A model generated the notes under the pieces. It searched no databases. It was not told where the DNA came from and worked only from the letters and a program-made list of their open reading frames with translations. 64,000 bases of DNA from an uncultured Verrucomicrobiae bacterium (lineage in GTDB: Bacteria; Verrucomicrobiota; Verrucomicrobiia; Chthoniobacterales; UBA10450). The stretch covers positions 704,001 to 768,000 of the forward strand of contig CAVTMK010000004.1 in NCBI GenBank assembly GCA_963735805.1, given 5' to 3'. Within the stretch, counting starts at the first letter, position 1. Each line of letters starts with the position of its first letter. Position numbers and translations under genes: made by a program. Of this stretch, positions 21,010 to 31,642 are shown piece by piece.

Positions 21010-23282
21010 TTTCTCTGGCCAATGCACGCACCCGAAAGCAGCAGAGTGCTGCTGCAGTCAGGAGCGCGGCGATGCCCCGGCCCTTTTGTACGCCTGTATT
21101 ACGCGTGGCTCTGATTTTGGCGCTTATTGCGGCGATAGCACTTTCAATCATTTGGTGGTTGCCGATCCCTGGCGAGTTGCTAAAACCGCCGGTCGGGACG
21201 CTGACGTTGCTGGATTGTCGTGGTCACGAAATTGCGCAGCTCGCGGCGCCGGAAGCGCGCGCTCAATTTCCAATTACGCTGGAGAAAATGGGTCCGTGGC
21301 TGCCCCGTGCTACTGTGGCCTTGGAAGATCGGCGGTTTTACGAACACAGCGGTATCGATTGGCGTGCGATAGCCGCCGCGTGCACCCGGAATTTGCGATC
21401 GCGCCATCTTCTTTCCGGTGCGTCGACGATTACGCAACAGCTAGTGAAATTGGCGACGGGTCGTCAACGGCGCAGTTGGGGCGGGAAACTGTATGAAGCA
21501 GTTATCGCGTGGAAACTCGAACACCGCTGGAGCAAGGAGCGAATTCTCGCTGAGTATTTAAATCGCACCAGCTATGCCAATCGACGCCTCGGCCCTGAAG
21601 CCGCCGCTCGCGCATACTTCGGTAAACCGGCTCGAGATCTCACATTAAGCGAAGCAATTTTTCTCGCCGGTTTGCCCCAGGCACCGACGCGATTCAATCC
21701 ATGGCGACATCCCGAGCGAGCAAACCGGAAATATGCTCGATCGCTGGCCAGGCTGACTGAGCTGGGAGTCATCACACGCGATCAGCAATCGTTGCTCGCA
21801 TCGCCACCCAAAATTGCCCACGTAAATCCTTCGCGTCTCGCACCGAATTTCGTTGATGCAGTGGTGGCGCGAAAATCCGAATTGCGCGGCACAGTAAGTA
21901 CCACCCTCGATTTGGATTTGCAGACAACGATTGAACGCCTGGTTCGCTCCCATCTGTCGGCGTTAAATCGGCACGATATTACGCAGGCCGCTGTGGTGGT
22001 AATCGAAAACGCCACAGGTGCAATTCGCGCCATGGTGGGGTCGGCGAACTACGCTGTGTCGCAAATCAACGGTGCCACGCAACCGCGAAGTTGTGGATCT
22101 ACGCTGAAACCGTTCGTTTATTTGGATGCGATCGATAAGAGACTGCTCACAGCGGCCAGTCTGCTTCCGGATACACCGGACGCAATCCGCGATGAATACG
22201 CCGATTACGATCCACAAAATTACAATCATCATTATCTCGGACCGGTGCGCTTGCGGGAGGCGCTTGGTTGTTCGCTCAATGTGCCTGCGGTGTTCGCTTT
22301 AAGCCGGCTCGGGGCGCGTCCGGAATTTTATCAGCTCCAAAAATGGGGCTTCGATTTCCCCCAGGGACTTGCGGATTACGGTGCTGGTTTTGTTTTGGGA
22401 AATGCCGAGACGCGGCTTGTCGATCTCGCTGCTGCTTATGCGGGACTGGCTCGCGGCGGGACCGCGATGCGCGCAAAGTTTTTGACTGGTGAGCATCAGC
22501 CCGTGACCCGCATTGCATCGCGGGAGGCGACAGCAATTCTCACCGACATTTTGTGTGATAACGATGCCAGACTAAAAAGCTTTGGGCCGCGGTCGCCGCT
22601 GGCATTCGAGCAACGCATAGCCGCAAAGACCGGAACGAGCAGCGGTTTCCGCGACGCGTGGACTGTTGGGTTTGACAAGGAGCATACCGTCGCGGTGTGG
22701 GCAGGAAATTTTGATGGGCGCCCCATGCGCGATATGTTCGCCGTGCGCGCGGCAACGCCGCTGTGGGCGTCGGTGATGCAGGAACTATTGCAGCGGGATC
22801 ATCCACTCGATCCCCCGATTGAGAACGAAAGACTGGTTCGCCGCGAAATTTGCAAGGCAACAGGATTGCTTCCGTCACCTTTCAGTCCGGCAAAGCTGAG
22901 CGAGCTATTTTTGGTTGGGACCGAACCACGCGAAGATTCAACAAATTATTTTGCGAGCGATGGGAAATTGATTTTGCCGGACGCCTACAGCCGTTGGTGC
23001 GCAAGCCGCGACAATACGCTCGGGGCCCATGTCCGGTCCGATTTTCACATCACCAGTCCGCCCCCGAATGCCCATTACGAGATCGATTCTGTCTTGCCCT
23101 CGTCGCAACAGATGGTCGAACTCACAGCGGCGGCAGCCAGCGACATCGAATGGTTTGTCAATAACCAGCGCGTTTTTCCTAAACAAGACAGTAGATTTTT
23201 CTGGCAGCTTGCGCCCGGCGAATGGCATGTCCGCGCGGTAAGTCGTCTCGGAACCTCAGAAGAAACGATCACAGTCGAATAA
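20988..23282 (+). CDS. pbpC: Penicillin-binding protein 1C (start may be ATG 21072)
   Basis: EDRRFYEHSGID, GASTITQQLVK, SxxK (GSTLKPF), SLN, KTGTS; C-terminal Ig-like domain; adjacent to A2M. Confidence 0.9.
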   Translation: MRYLQRLISLANARTRKQQSAAAVRSAAMPRPFCTPVLRVALILALIAAIALSIIWWLPIPGELLKPPVGTLTLLDCRGHEIAQLAAPEARAQFPITLEKMGPWLPRATVALEDRRFYEHSGIDWRAIAAACTRNLRSRHLLSGASTITQQLVKLATGRQRRSWGGKLYEAVIAWKLEHRWSKERILAEYLNRTSYANRRLGPEAAARAYFGKPARDLTLSEAIFLAGLPQAPTRFNPWRHPERANRKYARSLARLTELGVITRDQQSLLASPPKIAHVNPSRLAPNFVDAVVARKSELRGTVSTTLDLDLQTTIERLVRSHLSALNRHDITQAAVVVIENATGAIRAMVGSANYAVSQINGATQPRSCGSTLKPFVYLDAIDKRLLTAASLLPDTPDAIRDEYADYDPQNYNHHYLGPVRLREALGCSLNVPAVFALSRLGARPEFYQLQKWGFDFPQGLADYGAGFVLGNAETRLVDLAAAYAGLARGGTAMRAKFLTGEHQPVTRIASREATAILTDILCDNDARLKSFGPRSPLAFEQRIAAKTGTSSGFRDAWTVGFDKEHTVAVWAGNFDGRPMRDMFAVRAATPLWASVMQELLQRDHPLDPPIENERLVRREICKATGLLPSPFSPAKLSELFLVGTEPREDSTNYFASDGKLILPDAYSRWCASRDNTLGAHVRSDFHITSPPPNAHYEIDSVLPSSQQMVELTAAAASDIEWFVNNQRVFPKQDSRFFWQLAPGEWHVRAVSRLGTSEETITVE

Positions 23283-23306
23283 AGCGTTGCAGTCGCAATT
23301 CGTTCC

Positions 23307-25112
23307 TTAGGAAACTGTAGCAGTGGTCTGAGGCACGGGGTCAACCCATTTGCCGTGTTCGCGGATTAAATCCTTCAGCCGATTCACGGCTTCCACTTCG
23401 GGAATGTTGAATTTCACTGCCGTTTTGCCGACGTAAAGATTCACCTTACCTGGAGCGCCGCCCACATAACCAAAGTCAGCGTCGGCCATTTCGCCTGGCC
23501 CGTTTACGATGCAACCCATGATCGCGATCTTCACGCCTTTGAGATGCGAAGTCGCCTCTTTGATTTTCGCCGTCGTGGTTTGCAAATTGAATAACGTGCG
23601 TCCGCAGGATGGGCAGGCGACATAGTCGGTTTTGAAAATCCGTGATCCAGCGGCCTGAAGGATGTTGTAACTCAAGCGCAGCGCCTGCCCGGGGGCATCC
23701 TCACCTTGCACCAGAATCGCGTCACCAACTCCGTCACAGAGCAGTGAGCCGATATTGGTCGAGGCAATGAGGAGCGTGTTGAGAAAATCGGGTATCCTGT
23801 CGTCGCGCGAGAAAACGTCTTTCAACAAGATTGAATGCTGGGTATCCAGTTTGGCTGCCAGTAACCGAAACGCTGGAATTACGTCGAGGTCGACATCGTC
23901 CTTCACGGTCACCAATTGGGCAGTTCGTTCGCCATTTATCTTCGCAACCGCGGCATCGTCGCGCGGATCGATTTCGGCAATGCAGGCGTTCTCGTAAATG
24001 ATCTCCGGCTTGTAATCGCCCATCTTGTCTATCTTATGCACGATCTTGTCGAGGTTAGGCTGCCTAACTACTACACGGATCAATTCTGCGCCGCCGAGCT
24101 TAACTCGTTGATTGGAGTTGCCGATCCCGGCTGCGGCGATGGTCTCTGTTGCGCGTCGCTGATACGAATACGGATCGAACGAGAGTTGAACGTTGGGCGT
24201 TGTACGTTGGCCTTTAGACGTCTTCTGGATGTTTTCAACCAGGGCTTTCGCCACCGGGATCTCATTTGGACTATCCTCGGTCAGAGACACCCGAATCGTG
24301 TCCCCGATTCCGTCGGCCAACAGCGAGCCGATTCCAATTGCGCTTTTGATTCGCGCGTCTTCGCCTTCGCCCGCCTCAGTTACGCCAAGATGCAGCGGAT
24401 AATTCCAGTCCGGTCCAAGTTCGTTCAGTCGCGCGACGAGTAATCGATACGCCGCGATCATGATTTTTGGATTACTCGCTTTCATTGAGAAAATGAAGTC
24501 GTGATAGCCTAGATCGCGCGCGATCTGGGCGAATTCGAGCGCGCTTTCGACCATGCCGAGTGGTGTGTCGCCGTAGCGATTCAGGATGCGGTCGGACAGT
24601 GAACCGTGATTTGTGCCGATGCGCGTGGCGATGCCGCGCGTCTTGCAAAGGTCGACGAGCGGTGAAAATCGCTCGCGAATCCGATTCAATTCGCCGGCGT
24701 ACTGTTCGTCCGTGTATTCGCGAATGATAAATTTCTTGGAGTCTGCATAATTGCCCGGATTGATTCGCACTTTGTCCACCCATTTGGCGGCTTCCATGGC
24801 CGCTTCTGGCTTGAAATGGATGTCTGCGACGATGGGCACGTTGCAGTGCCGCTCCCGCAAGCCGTTAACGATGTGCTCCAGATTACGCGCGTCTTTCACC
24901 GTGGGCGCAGTGATGCGGACGATTTCACAGCCCACCTTCGCCAGTTCAATTGTCTGTTGAATCGATGCATCCGTATCCATCGTATCGCAGGTGATCATCG
25001 ATTGGACGCGAATCGGATTGGCACCGCCGATGCCGACGCTACCAACCTTCACCTGGCGCGTTTTGCGACGCTGATAAACGAACGGATTTTCGCAGTATGA
25101 CAAGTCACGCAT
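23307..25112 (-). CDS. ispG: HMBPP synthase, long (insert-containing) form
   Basis: PIRVQSM, VADIHF, RINPGN, RIGTNHGSLS, HLGVTEAG, GDTIRVSL, ACPSCGRT, MGCIVNGPGE. Confidence 0.95.
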   Translation of the reverse strand: MRDLSYCENPFVYQRRKTRQVKVGSVGIGGANPIRVQSMITCDTMDTDASIQQTIELAKVGCEIVRITAPTVKDARNLEHIVNGLRERHCNVPIVADIHFKPEAAMEAAKWVDKVRINPGNYADSKKFIIREYTDEQYAGELNRIRERFSPLVDLCKTRGIATRIGTNHGSLSDRILNRYGDTPLGMVESALEFAQIARDLGYHDFIFSMKASNPKIMIAAYRLLVARLNELGPDWNYPLHLGVTEAGEGEDARIKSAIGIGSLLADGIGDTIRVSLTEDSPNEIPVAKALVENIQKTSKGQRTTPNVQLSFDPYSYQRRATETIAAAGIGNSNQRVKLGGAELIRVVVRQPNLDKIVHKIDKMGDYKPEIIYENACIAEIDPRDDAAVAKINGERTAQLVTVKDDVDLDVIPAFRLLAAKLDTQHSILLKDVFSRDDRIPDFLNTLLIASTNIGSLLCDGVGDAILVQGEDAPGQALRLSYNILQAAGSRIFKTDYVACPSCGRTLFNLQTTTAKIKEATSHLKGVKIAIMGCIVNGPGEMADADFGYVGGAPGKVNLYVGKTAVKFNIPEVEAVNRLKDLIREHGKWVDPVPQTTATVS

Positions 25113-25215
25113 TGTAGAGTCGTTCCATAAGCGACAAGCGCCAGATCGATGGTCCGGCTTCGTCGTCAGGACAGGATTTTACGGCTTCGCCAGTCCCCGC
25201 GCAACGCACGCCAGG

Positions 25216-26637
25216 TTACGGTGTTTGGGTATCCTTCGCGGCCGAGTGCGCTTCGAGTTGATCAAGCTTTTTGCGAACAAATGGCAAATCTTGTACATCG
25301 AAGAACGTGATGTATAGCATGTAACCGACGATCACTACCGCGCAGCTTGTCTGAATTACCTCCAGCACACGCATGTTCACCGGCTTACGACGTATCGATT
25401 CGATAATTGCCAGCACAATGTGACCGCCATCAAGAACTGGAATCGGCAACATGTTCAAAATCGCGAGGTTCACATTTAGAATCACGCTAAACCACAGCGC
25501 CAGCTGCCAACCGCGTTCGCTTTGGAAAAGGAGATAATAAATCCGTCCGATCCCGACCGGACCGCTTAAGTGTTGCAACTTTACGTCGGACTTCGGCGAG
25601 GCCACTGCACCAATCGTATTCAATGTGCTGGTCACGCTGTTGTAGACTTGCTCGATCGGATTCGGATGCTGGATCGACACTATTCCGGTTGTATCCCATT
25701 GAATTCCAATTCGTGGTTTTTTTTCGCCGTTCGTGAGCAGGAGGGTTGGTTTTACCGGAACGTCAAACTTCTCGCCACCGCGCTCCACATGGAGGAGCAG
25801 TTCATCGTTTGGATGCTTGCTAATGTATTCCAGCAGCGCAATCGGATTGTAGATCGGCGTTTTATCAAACCCGCGAATGATATCTCCTGCGCGCAGACCC
25901 GCTCTCGCGGCCGGCGTGTTCGGTTCCACTTTGTCGATAATGGGGGTCTCCGCTGGATAGATGAGCAGTTGTCGCACGCTTTTTCTGCGCCACCCGGGCT
26001 GCTCGGCCTTGTAAGGTTCCACCCAAACCGTCTGCACCTTTCCGTCTCGCTCAAATTTTACTGCAATCTTGTCGCCCTCGCTTCGCACCACATCCCAACT
26101 GACGCTGTCGCTCATTCCCATGAAACGTCTGACCGGCTTTCCGTCCACCGAGAGGATTTTGTCACCCGGCTGCAAGCCAACTTTCAGCGCCGGCGAATCG
26201 GGCAAAACATAACCGACCACAGTGGTTGAGTCCGCTTCGCTTACCGGATGGCCGACCGCCCAGACGATGGACGCAAAGAAAAGCGCCAGCAGCAAACTGA
26301 AAAGTGGACCAGCGATCGCCACAATGATTTTGTCGAACGCGGAAATTTTCGGCAACCTTGCGCGATCCACATCCGCTTTCCCCTCGATAATGTCCATCGG
26401 TGCAAGTTGCGGGAGCGCCACGAAACCTCCGAACGGCAATGAGCCGAGCGAATATTGCACCCCGTTGATTGTCTTTTTCCAGATCGGTTTACCGAACCAG
26501 ACGCCGAATTTTTCTATGTAAAGCCCCCGCCACCGCGCCGCGAGAAAGTGTCCCAGTTCGTGCACCACGATGAGCAGGTTGAACAGAATGAGAACCTCCA
26601 GGAGGATGAAGATGACGCGAGCAATGTGCAGTAGCAT
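25216..26637 (-). CDS. rseP: Site-2 intramembrane metalloprotease with two PDZ domains
   Basis: HELGH, PFGGFV, AGP, NMLPIPVLDGGH; dxr-rseP-ispG synteny. Confidence 0.92.
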   Translation of the reverse strand: MLLHIARVIFILLEVLILFNLLIVVHELGHFLAARWRGLYIEKFGVWFGKPIWKKTINGVQYSLGSLPFGGFVALPQLAPMDIIEGKADVDRARLPKISAFDKIIVAIAGPLFSLLLALFFASIVWAVGHPVSEADSTTVVGYVLPDSPALKVGLQPGDKILSVDGKPVRRFMGMSDSVSWDVVRSEGDKIAVKFERDGKVQTVWVEPYKAEQPGWRRKSVRQLLIYPAETPIIDKVEPNTPAARAGLRAGDIIRGFDKTPIYNPIALLEYISKHPNDELLLHVERGGEKFDVPVKPTLLLTNGEKKPRIGIQWDTTGIVSIQHPNPIEQVYNSVTSTLNTIGAVASPKSDVKLQHLSGPVGIGRIYYLLFQSERGWQLALWFSVILNVNLAILNMLPIPVLDGGHIVLAIIESIRRKPVNMRVLEVIQTSCAVVIVGYMLYITFFDVQDLPFVRKKLDQLEAHSAAKDTQTP

Positions 26638-26717
26638 TGTAATTAGAAACCAGTGATCAGTGATTAGTCATTGATTGGACACGCCATCATGTCTGCCGTT
26701 GTAATTCTGTTAGCGAT

Positions 26718-27890
26718 TTAGCGATTCACGTGCCCCTGTGCTTCCCTGCGTGCCCACTGATCGGCCTGCAATATGGCATTCAGATCGGGGTGCGCAACGG
26801 CCGTGTGGCGGTTCATGGCTTCTTCGACAACCTGCCAAATATCCGGGAAACGCACCTGCCGGTTCAGAAAACCAGCAACCGCTACTTCGTTTGCGGCATT
26901 CATTACGGCGGGCAATGTGCCACCGATTTCGCCAGCTCGCCGCGCGAGCTTCAGTGCAGGAAAATCGTCGTAGCGCGGCGCGAAAAATTCCAACCTGGAC
27001 AGCTTCGAAAAATCAAGCGGCGGCAAAGTATTTGGGACCCGATCCGGCCAGGTCACGGCGTATTGGATCGGGAAACACATGTTCGAATAACTCAATTGCG
27101 CGAGCGTGGAACCGTCCGCAAACTCAACCATCGAATGAACAATACTCTGCGGGTGTATCACTACTTCGACGCGCTTCATCTCGACTCCAAAAAGCCAGTG
27201 TGCCTCGATCATTTCCAGCCCCTTATTGAACAGCGTCGCGGAATCGATCGTGATCTTTGGCCCCATATTCCATGTCGGATGTTTCAACGCTTGTTCTGGT
27301 GTAATTGAATCGAAATCTTTTCGAGGAGTTTCCCGAAATGGGCCGCCAGAGGCGGTGAGAATGATCCGACGGATATCCAAAGAGCTTTTGCCTTCCAGGC
27401 ACTGAAAAATCGCATTGTGCTCGCTGTCCACAGGCAACACCTTCACGCCCTTATGATGCGCTTCGCGCATCACGGTCTCGCCTGCCATCACCAGAATTTC
27501 TTTGCTCGCCACGGCGAGGTCCTTTCCCGCCTCGATGGCAGCGAGTGCCGGACGCAATCCGCCGGTGCCCACGATCGCAACCAGCACCATCTGCGCTTCG
27601 GTCAGACAAGCGATCGCGCGCAATCCCTCTTCGCCTGTGAAAATCTGCGGCTTGTATGCAAGCGCGCGCTGAAGAACTCCGATCTTCGTTTCATCGACCA
27701 AACAAACAGATGGGGCACGGGTTTCGTTAGCGGCTGCCGCGAGTTTTTCGGCGTTGCTGTTTGCGGCCAATCCGACAATCTCCATCCGCTCGGGAATATC
27801 GCGGGCCACTTTCAGCGCGCTCTCACCGATAGATCCGGTTGCGCCCAGAATAACGACTCGTTTACGCTGGCCAGAGTTTTCCGCTGTCAT
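26718..27890 (-). CDS. dxr: 1-deoxy-D-xylulose-5-phosphate reductoisomerase
   Basis: LGATGSIG, LPVDSEHNAIFQ, TASGGPF, HPTWNMGPKITIDSAT, NKGLE, NAANEVAV. Confidence 0.97.
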   Translation of the reverse strand: MTAENSGQRKRVVILGATGSIGESALKVARDIPERMEIVGLAANSNAEKLAAAANETRAPSVCLVDETKIGVLQRALAYKPQIFTGEEGLRAIACLTEAQMVLVAIVGTGGLRPALAAIEAGKDLAVASKEILVMAGETVMREAHHKGVKVLPVDSEHNAIFQCLEGKSSLDIRRIILTASGGPFRETPRKDFDSITPEQALKHPTWNMGPKITIDSATLFNKGLEMIEAHWLFGVEMKRVEVVIHPQSIVHSMVEFADGSTLAQLSYSNMCFPIQYAVTWPDRVPNTLPPLDFSKLSRLEFFAPRYDDFPALKLARRAGEIGGTLPAVMNAANEVAVAGFLNRQVRFPDIWQVVEEAMNRHTAVAHPDLNAILQADQWARREAQGHVNR

Positions 27891-27907
27891 TTCTTGACCA
27901 CGACTGG

Positions 27908-28822
27908 TTACGGCACTCGAATGACCAGCCGCAGATAGAAGAATAAAAGTGGTGCGGTAAACAGCAGACTATCGAGAAGATCGAGCGCACCGCCAATTCC
28001 CGGCAACAGATTTCCCGAGTCCTTTACGTCCGTACTGCGCTTGATGATTGATTCAGCTAAATCTCCGAGCACCGCGGCGAGACCAAGAAGTACACCGAGG
28101 ATGGTCGCATGCGTCCAACTCAGTGCCGACAAATGCCCCGGCATCAGTTTGAACAATGCCAGGCTGCAAAGCAGGGCGAAAGCAATCGCACCGAAAAACC
28201 CTTCCCACGTTTTCTTGCCGCTAATGTGAGGGACCATCAAATGGCGTCCAACCACGCTTCCTGTAAGATACGCTCCCATATCGGAGAATTTCGTTACCGC
28301 GATCAGGTACAGAACATAGAATTGCCCAGTCAACTGGCCGGTACTCGAGCGCGGCGTTAAATAGACAATTTTGGTGATGAAATTAAAAAGCCAGAGCACG
28401 TAAAGCAGACCGAACAACGTGTAGGCCATCGTTTGCAGCGGTTCGTCATGGCGCAGACGAGTGAACATTTGTCGGCCAAAAACCGTGAGCAGGAAAAAGA
28501 GCAAGACAGCAACTTCGAAGTCATAGGAATGCGCGGGTCCGATCTTGGAGAAATAATAAAAACTCCCGGCGAGCAGGACTGCGCCGCAAATCATCCCCGT
28601 AACTTTGAAATTGGGCAGGCCCTTGTGATCGAGCATACGATAAAATTCCCATAGCCCGATCATTCCGAACACGCTGATCAACAGCCAAAACAAGACCTCG
28701 AAGCCAGAGAACATGATCAACAGAGCGATCGTCCAAAGCGCGATCGTGCTGATGAACCGCAGAATAAAGGCGGAACGGGAGGTAATCGCGTTCGTTCCGG
28801 TTTGCTCAACAGTCACGGGCAT
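27908..28822 (-). CDS. cdsA: Phosphatidate cytidylyltransferase
   Basis: SDMGAYLTG, ISGKKTWEG, GDLAESIIKR...VKDSGNLLPGIGGALDLLDS. Confidence 0.93.
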   Translation of the reverse strand: MPVTVEQTGTNAITSRSAFILRFISTIALWTIALLIMFSGFEVLFWLLISVFGMIGLWEFYRMLDHKGLPNFKVTGMICGAVLLAGSFYYFSKIGPAHSYDFEVAVLLFFLLTVFGRQMFTRLRHDEPLQTMAYTLFGLLYVLWLFNFITKIVYLTPRSSTGQLTGQFYVLYLIAVTKFSDMGAYLTGSVVGRHLMVPHISGKKTWEGFFGAIAFALLCSLALFKLMPGHLSALSWTHATILGVLLGLAAVLGDLAESIIKRSTDVKDSGNLLPGIGGALDLLDSLLFTAPLLFFYLRLVIRVP

Positions 28823-28993
28823 GTATTTGCATCATTCCCAAGGAACGAAACAGGTGCAAGCGCAGATAAGCGAGCACCAAAGGATAAAACGCGTTGACTT
28901 CAGCGCGTTGACAAAGGAAATGCCGTTGGCTTCCGTGGTCTGATCCTCTACAGAACAGGGCTTAGGAACAACGGTCCTACTATGACTGGACTG

Positions 28994-29566
28994 CTACTGC
29001 GGCGTAGGCGATGGAGTTGGCGAAACGGCCTCTGTCGCAGGCGATGGAGTTGGCACCGTAGCTTCTACGGTAGCAGATGGAGCTGCTGGCGCAGGAAATA
29101 CTGCACCGCTAAACATCTTCGACTTATTCTGCTTTTGGGTCTGTGATCCGTCCAGCGCGCGCTGCCTTTGAGCGAGCCGCTCTTGGGTTAGCCTCTCTTT
29201 CTCAGCTTTTACGGAGTTCAGCCGCGACGGGTCGGCCATCCTGGCCCGCATCTCGGCGGAAAACTGTTGTATCCTCTCTCTTTCAGCTTGCACTTGTGCG
29301 GGGTCGGGAGTCTCGCCCGGAACGCCGGTAAGACTTGTCCCGGCGTCCGCCATGGCCTTTTGATTTTCGGCCAAGGTTTTCACTCTTTCATCCAAAGCTT
29401 TCACTTTTTCACCCAATGCGTTCATTCTTTCATCCAACGCATTCTCGCGTGCGTCCAGCTCGGTTTTCCGTTGGGCAAGTTCTTGTTCAGCGGCTGAATC
29501 TTGTTTTTGGCAGGAGCAAATCAAGGCAAAAGAGATGATTACCGACAGAATCAAAAAATTTTTCAT
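28994..29566 (-). CDS. Putative lipoprotein with coiled coil and Pro/Thr/Ser tail (paralogue of 29793-30374)
   Basis: Lipobox-like LICSC, heptad repeats, SPTPSPTPQ tail. Confidence 0.7.
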   Translation of the reverse strand: MKNFLILSVIISFALICSCQKQDSAAEQELAQRKTELDARENALDERMNALGEKVKALDERVKTLAENQKAMADAGTSLTGVPGETPDPAQVQAERERIQQFSAEMRARMADPSRLNSVKAEKERLTQERLAQRQRALDGSQTQKQNKSKMFSGAVFPAPAAPSATVEATVPTPSPATEAVSPTPSPTPQ

Positions 29567-29792
29567 GTAAAGAGTAACTTGGCTTCTCCCGAAGACGATG
29601 GCAAATCAGTCTCCGAAAGCGCAAAGATCCCGCAAGGCGAGCAGGCAGAAAATTAGAGAAGGGACACGCGCAAAACCGCGCCAAAGAAACGCGGGCTCTA
29701 GGCTAGGACCTGCCACGAGCTGCGTGGGCTTGCCGGGCGATCCTAAATCTGCAGGCAATCTCGTACGACGCCTCTTTGCTGACACCTCGGAG

Positions 29793-30374
29793 TTACTCTG
29801 GCGTAGGCGATGAAGTTGGCAAAGAGGTAGACTCTGCCGCAGGAGACGGAGTTGGCGAAGTGGCGTCTTGCACAGAAGATGTAGTTGGCGAGGGAGCCTC
29901 CGCCGCAGGAAATACCGCCTTGTCAGACATTTTCGCTCTGTCCAACTTACTCCGCCATCGGCGCTGTAAGTCTTCCGGCCCAAGCTGCCGCGGGGCGGGT
30001 CGTTCTTGTTTTGCCGGGTCTCCAGCTGTTACCTTTGAGCGGGCTCGAATCTGGGCGGAAAACTGTTGTATTACCGCGTCTCTTTCAGCTTTGTCCTGTG
30101 CTTCGTCGCGTACCCCGTTCTGCGACTGGGCATCGGGAGCATTCATCTGGACGTTGGCCCTAAATTTTTCGTTTTCGGCCAACGCTTTCACTCTTTCCTC
30201 CAACGCATTCACTTTTTCCTCCAACGCATTCACTTTTTCAATCAACGCGTCCTCGCGTGTGTCCAGCTCTACTTTCCGTTGAGCGCGTTGTTGTTCAGCA
30301 ACTGCGTCTTGTTTTTGGCAGGAGCAAATCATCGTGAAAGAGAAGAGCATCGGAAGGATAAAAACCTTTTTCAT
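29793..30374 (-). CDS. Putative lipoprotein with coiled coil and Pro/Thr/Ser tail (paralogue of 28994-29566)
   Basis: MICSCQKQD, 21-nt tandem repeats encoding KVNALEE, shared IQQFSA and AVFPA blocks. Confidence 0.7.
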   Translation of the reverse strand: MKKVFILPMLFSFTMICSCQKQDAVAEQQRAQRKVELDTREDALIEKVNALEEKVNALEERVKALAENEKFRANVQMNAPDAQSQNGVRDEAQDKAERDAVIQQFSAQIRARSKVTAGDPAKQERPAPRQLGPEDLQRRWRSKLDRAKMSDKAVFPAAEAPSPTTSSVQDATSPTPSPAAESTSLPTSSPTPE

Positions 30375-30486
30375 ATCAGACGCAAAATGGGGTATTGGCC
30401 AGTTGGGCGAACAAAATGGGACGCGAAGGGTCAGTCAAATGAAACCTGCTCTCAAATCCGAGGCGCCATTATGCTTTCTACGCGAG

Positions 30487-30515
30487 AAGGCGTTCGCCGC
30501 AGCGGCGAACGCCTT
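30487..30515. terminator. GC-rich hairpin downstream of fibre gene 1
   Basis: aaggcgttcgccg-cag-cggcgaacgcctt perfect inverted repeat. Confidence 0.6.
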
Positions 30516-30562
30516 TCCAATTCGCCTGTATTCGGTACACGAGCCCGCTCTACATCGCGGCT

Positions 30563-31642
30563 TTACGGTTTGTTCGCGACTACTTGCGGCGCAGATTTAT
30601 TGACTTCAAGCTGGGCGCTCACTCTTTGGATTTGCGCGGCCTGCTCTTTCACCATCGCCGCGAGACGCTCAACCGTGCCTTCCAATTCCGCGATCCTCTT
30701 TTGTTGATTGCGGGATTCGTTGAGCATGGCTTGAGGCGTAGCCACCTTGTTTCCAGCGGCGTCGACGAGGTTCGTGCCTAGTTTTCCATTGTCATCAACG
30801 AACACAAACAAGGCGGTGCCCGAGTCAACGTCCCGATTGAAGATGCCGGCGATAAAGGTGTCATACGGAAAAGTAAAAGCCGTGTCGTCGCCGATGCGGA
30901 TGAATTCGAATTCACCGGAACCACCAGCCTGAACTTGTGCGCCGATATAGATGTTACCTTCGCCATTTGTTAGGTTACTTCCGGCCGAGTGGCCGAGACA
31001 GGTATTCGAGTTTCCACTGATGCCAAGGCCGGCTATCTCCCCAATCGCGGTGTTATTGTTGCCCCCGTCTCCAGACTCCATCGCGCCAGCACCAACGGCG
31101 GTGTTTTCGGTGCCATCAACATTAGCTTTAAGTGCAAAGCCGCCAACAGCCGTGTTGAAAACGGCGGTTCCGTTTCCGCTCGAGTCATTATTCTGAGCCG
31201 CGAAAGTACCCAGGGCCGCATTCGTGAAGGCTGAGACGTTAAACTCGAGCGCTTCATCGCCCACCGCGGTGTTGTCAGTGCCAGTAGAGTTAACAAACAT
31301 CGCGAACGTTCCGACGGCGGTGTTAAGGCCCGCAGTGGTGTTGCTCAAAAGCGCCCCCGCGCCAACGGCCGTATTTTGCGTTCCGTCGCTCAGAAGAAGC
31401 GTCCCCGCGCCAAAACCCGTGTTGAAGCTGGCGTCACTGTTGCTCAGGAGCGCGTAAAAACCGAACGCGGAGTTATATATACCGGTGGTAATGCTCGCCA
31501 GGGCAAGTTGCCCGTCAGCAGTGTTGCTTAAAGGGACAACATCATCCGTTGGTATATCTGTGGCGCTTTGCACTTGTTGGCAAAGCGCAAAGCAGACAAG
31601 CGCGGACACGGCTGTCGTAAATATAATGTTCCGACTTTTCAT
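30563..31642 (-). CDS. Secreted tail-fibre-like beta-roll repeat protein lacking the S74 chaperone domain
   Basis: Signal peptide, NTAVGxxAL repeats, C-terminal coiled coil EQAAQIQRVSAQLEV; no SSxRxK/GLIAEEV block. Confidence 0.75.
   Translation of the reverse strand: MKSRNIIFTTAVSALVCFALCQQVQSATDIPTDDVVPLSNTADGQLALASITTGIYNSAFGFYALLSNSDASFNTGFGAGTLLLSDGTQNTAVGAGALLSNTTAGLNTAVGTFAMFVNSTGTDNTAVGDEALEFNVSAFTNAALGTFAAQNNDSSGNGTAVFNTAVGGFALKANVDGTENTAVGAGAMESGDGGNNNTAIGEIAGLGISGNSNTCLGHSAGSNLTNGEGNIYIGAQVQAGGSGEFEFIRIGDDTAFTFPYDTFIAGIFNRDVDSGTALFVFVDDNGKLGTNLVDAAGNKVATPQAMLNESRNQQKRIAELEGTVERLAAMVKEQAAQIQRVSAQLEVNKSAPQVVANKP

Noticed and set aside
30180..30250. CRISPR-like direct repeats
   Set aside because: Contiguous 21-nt coding heptad repeats without spacers; no cas genes
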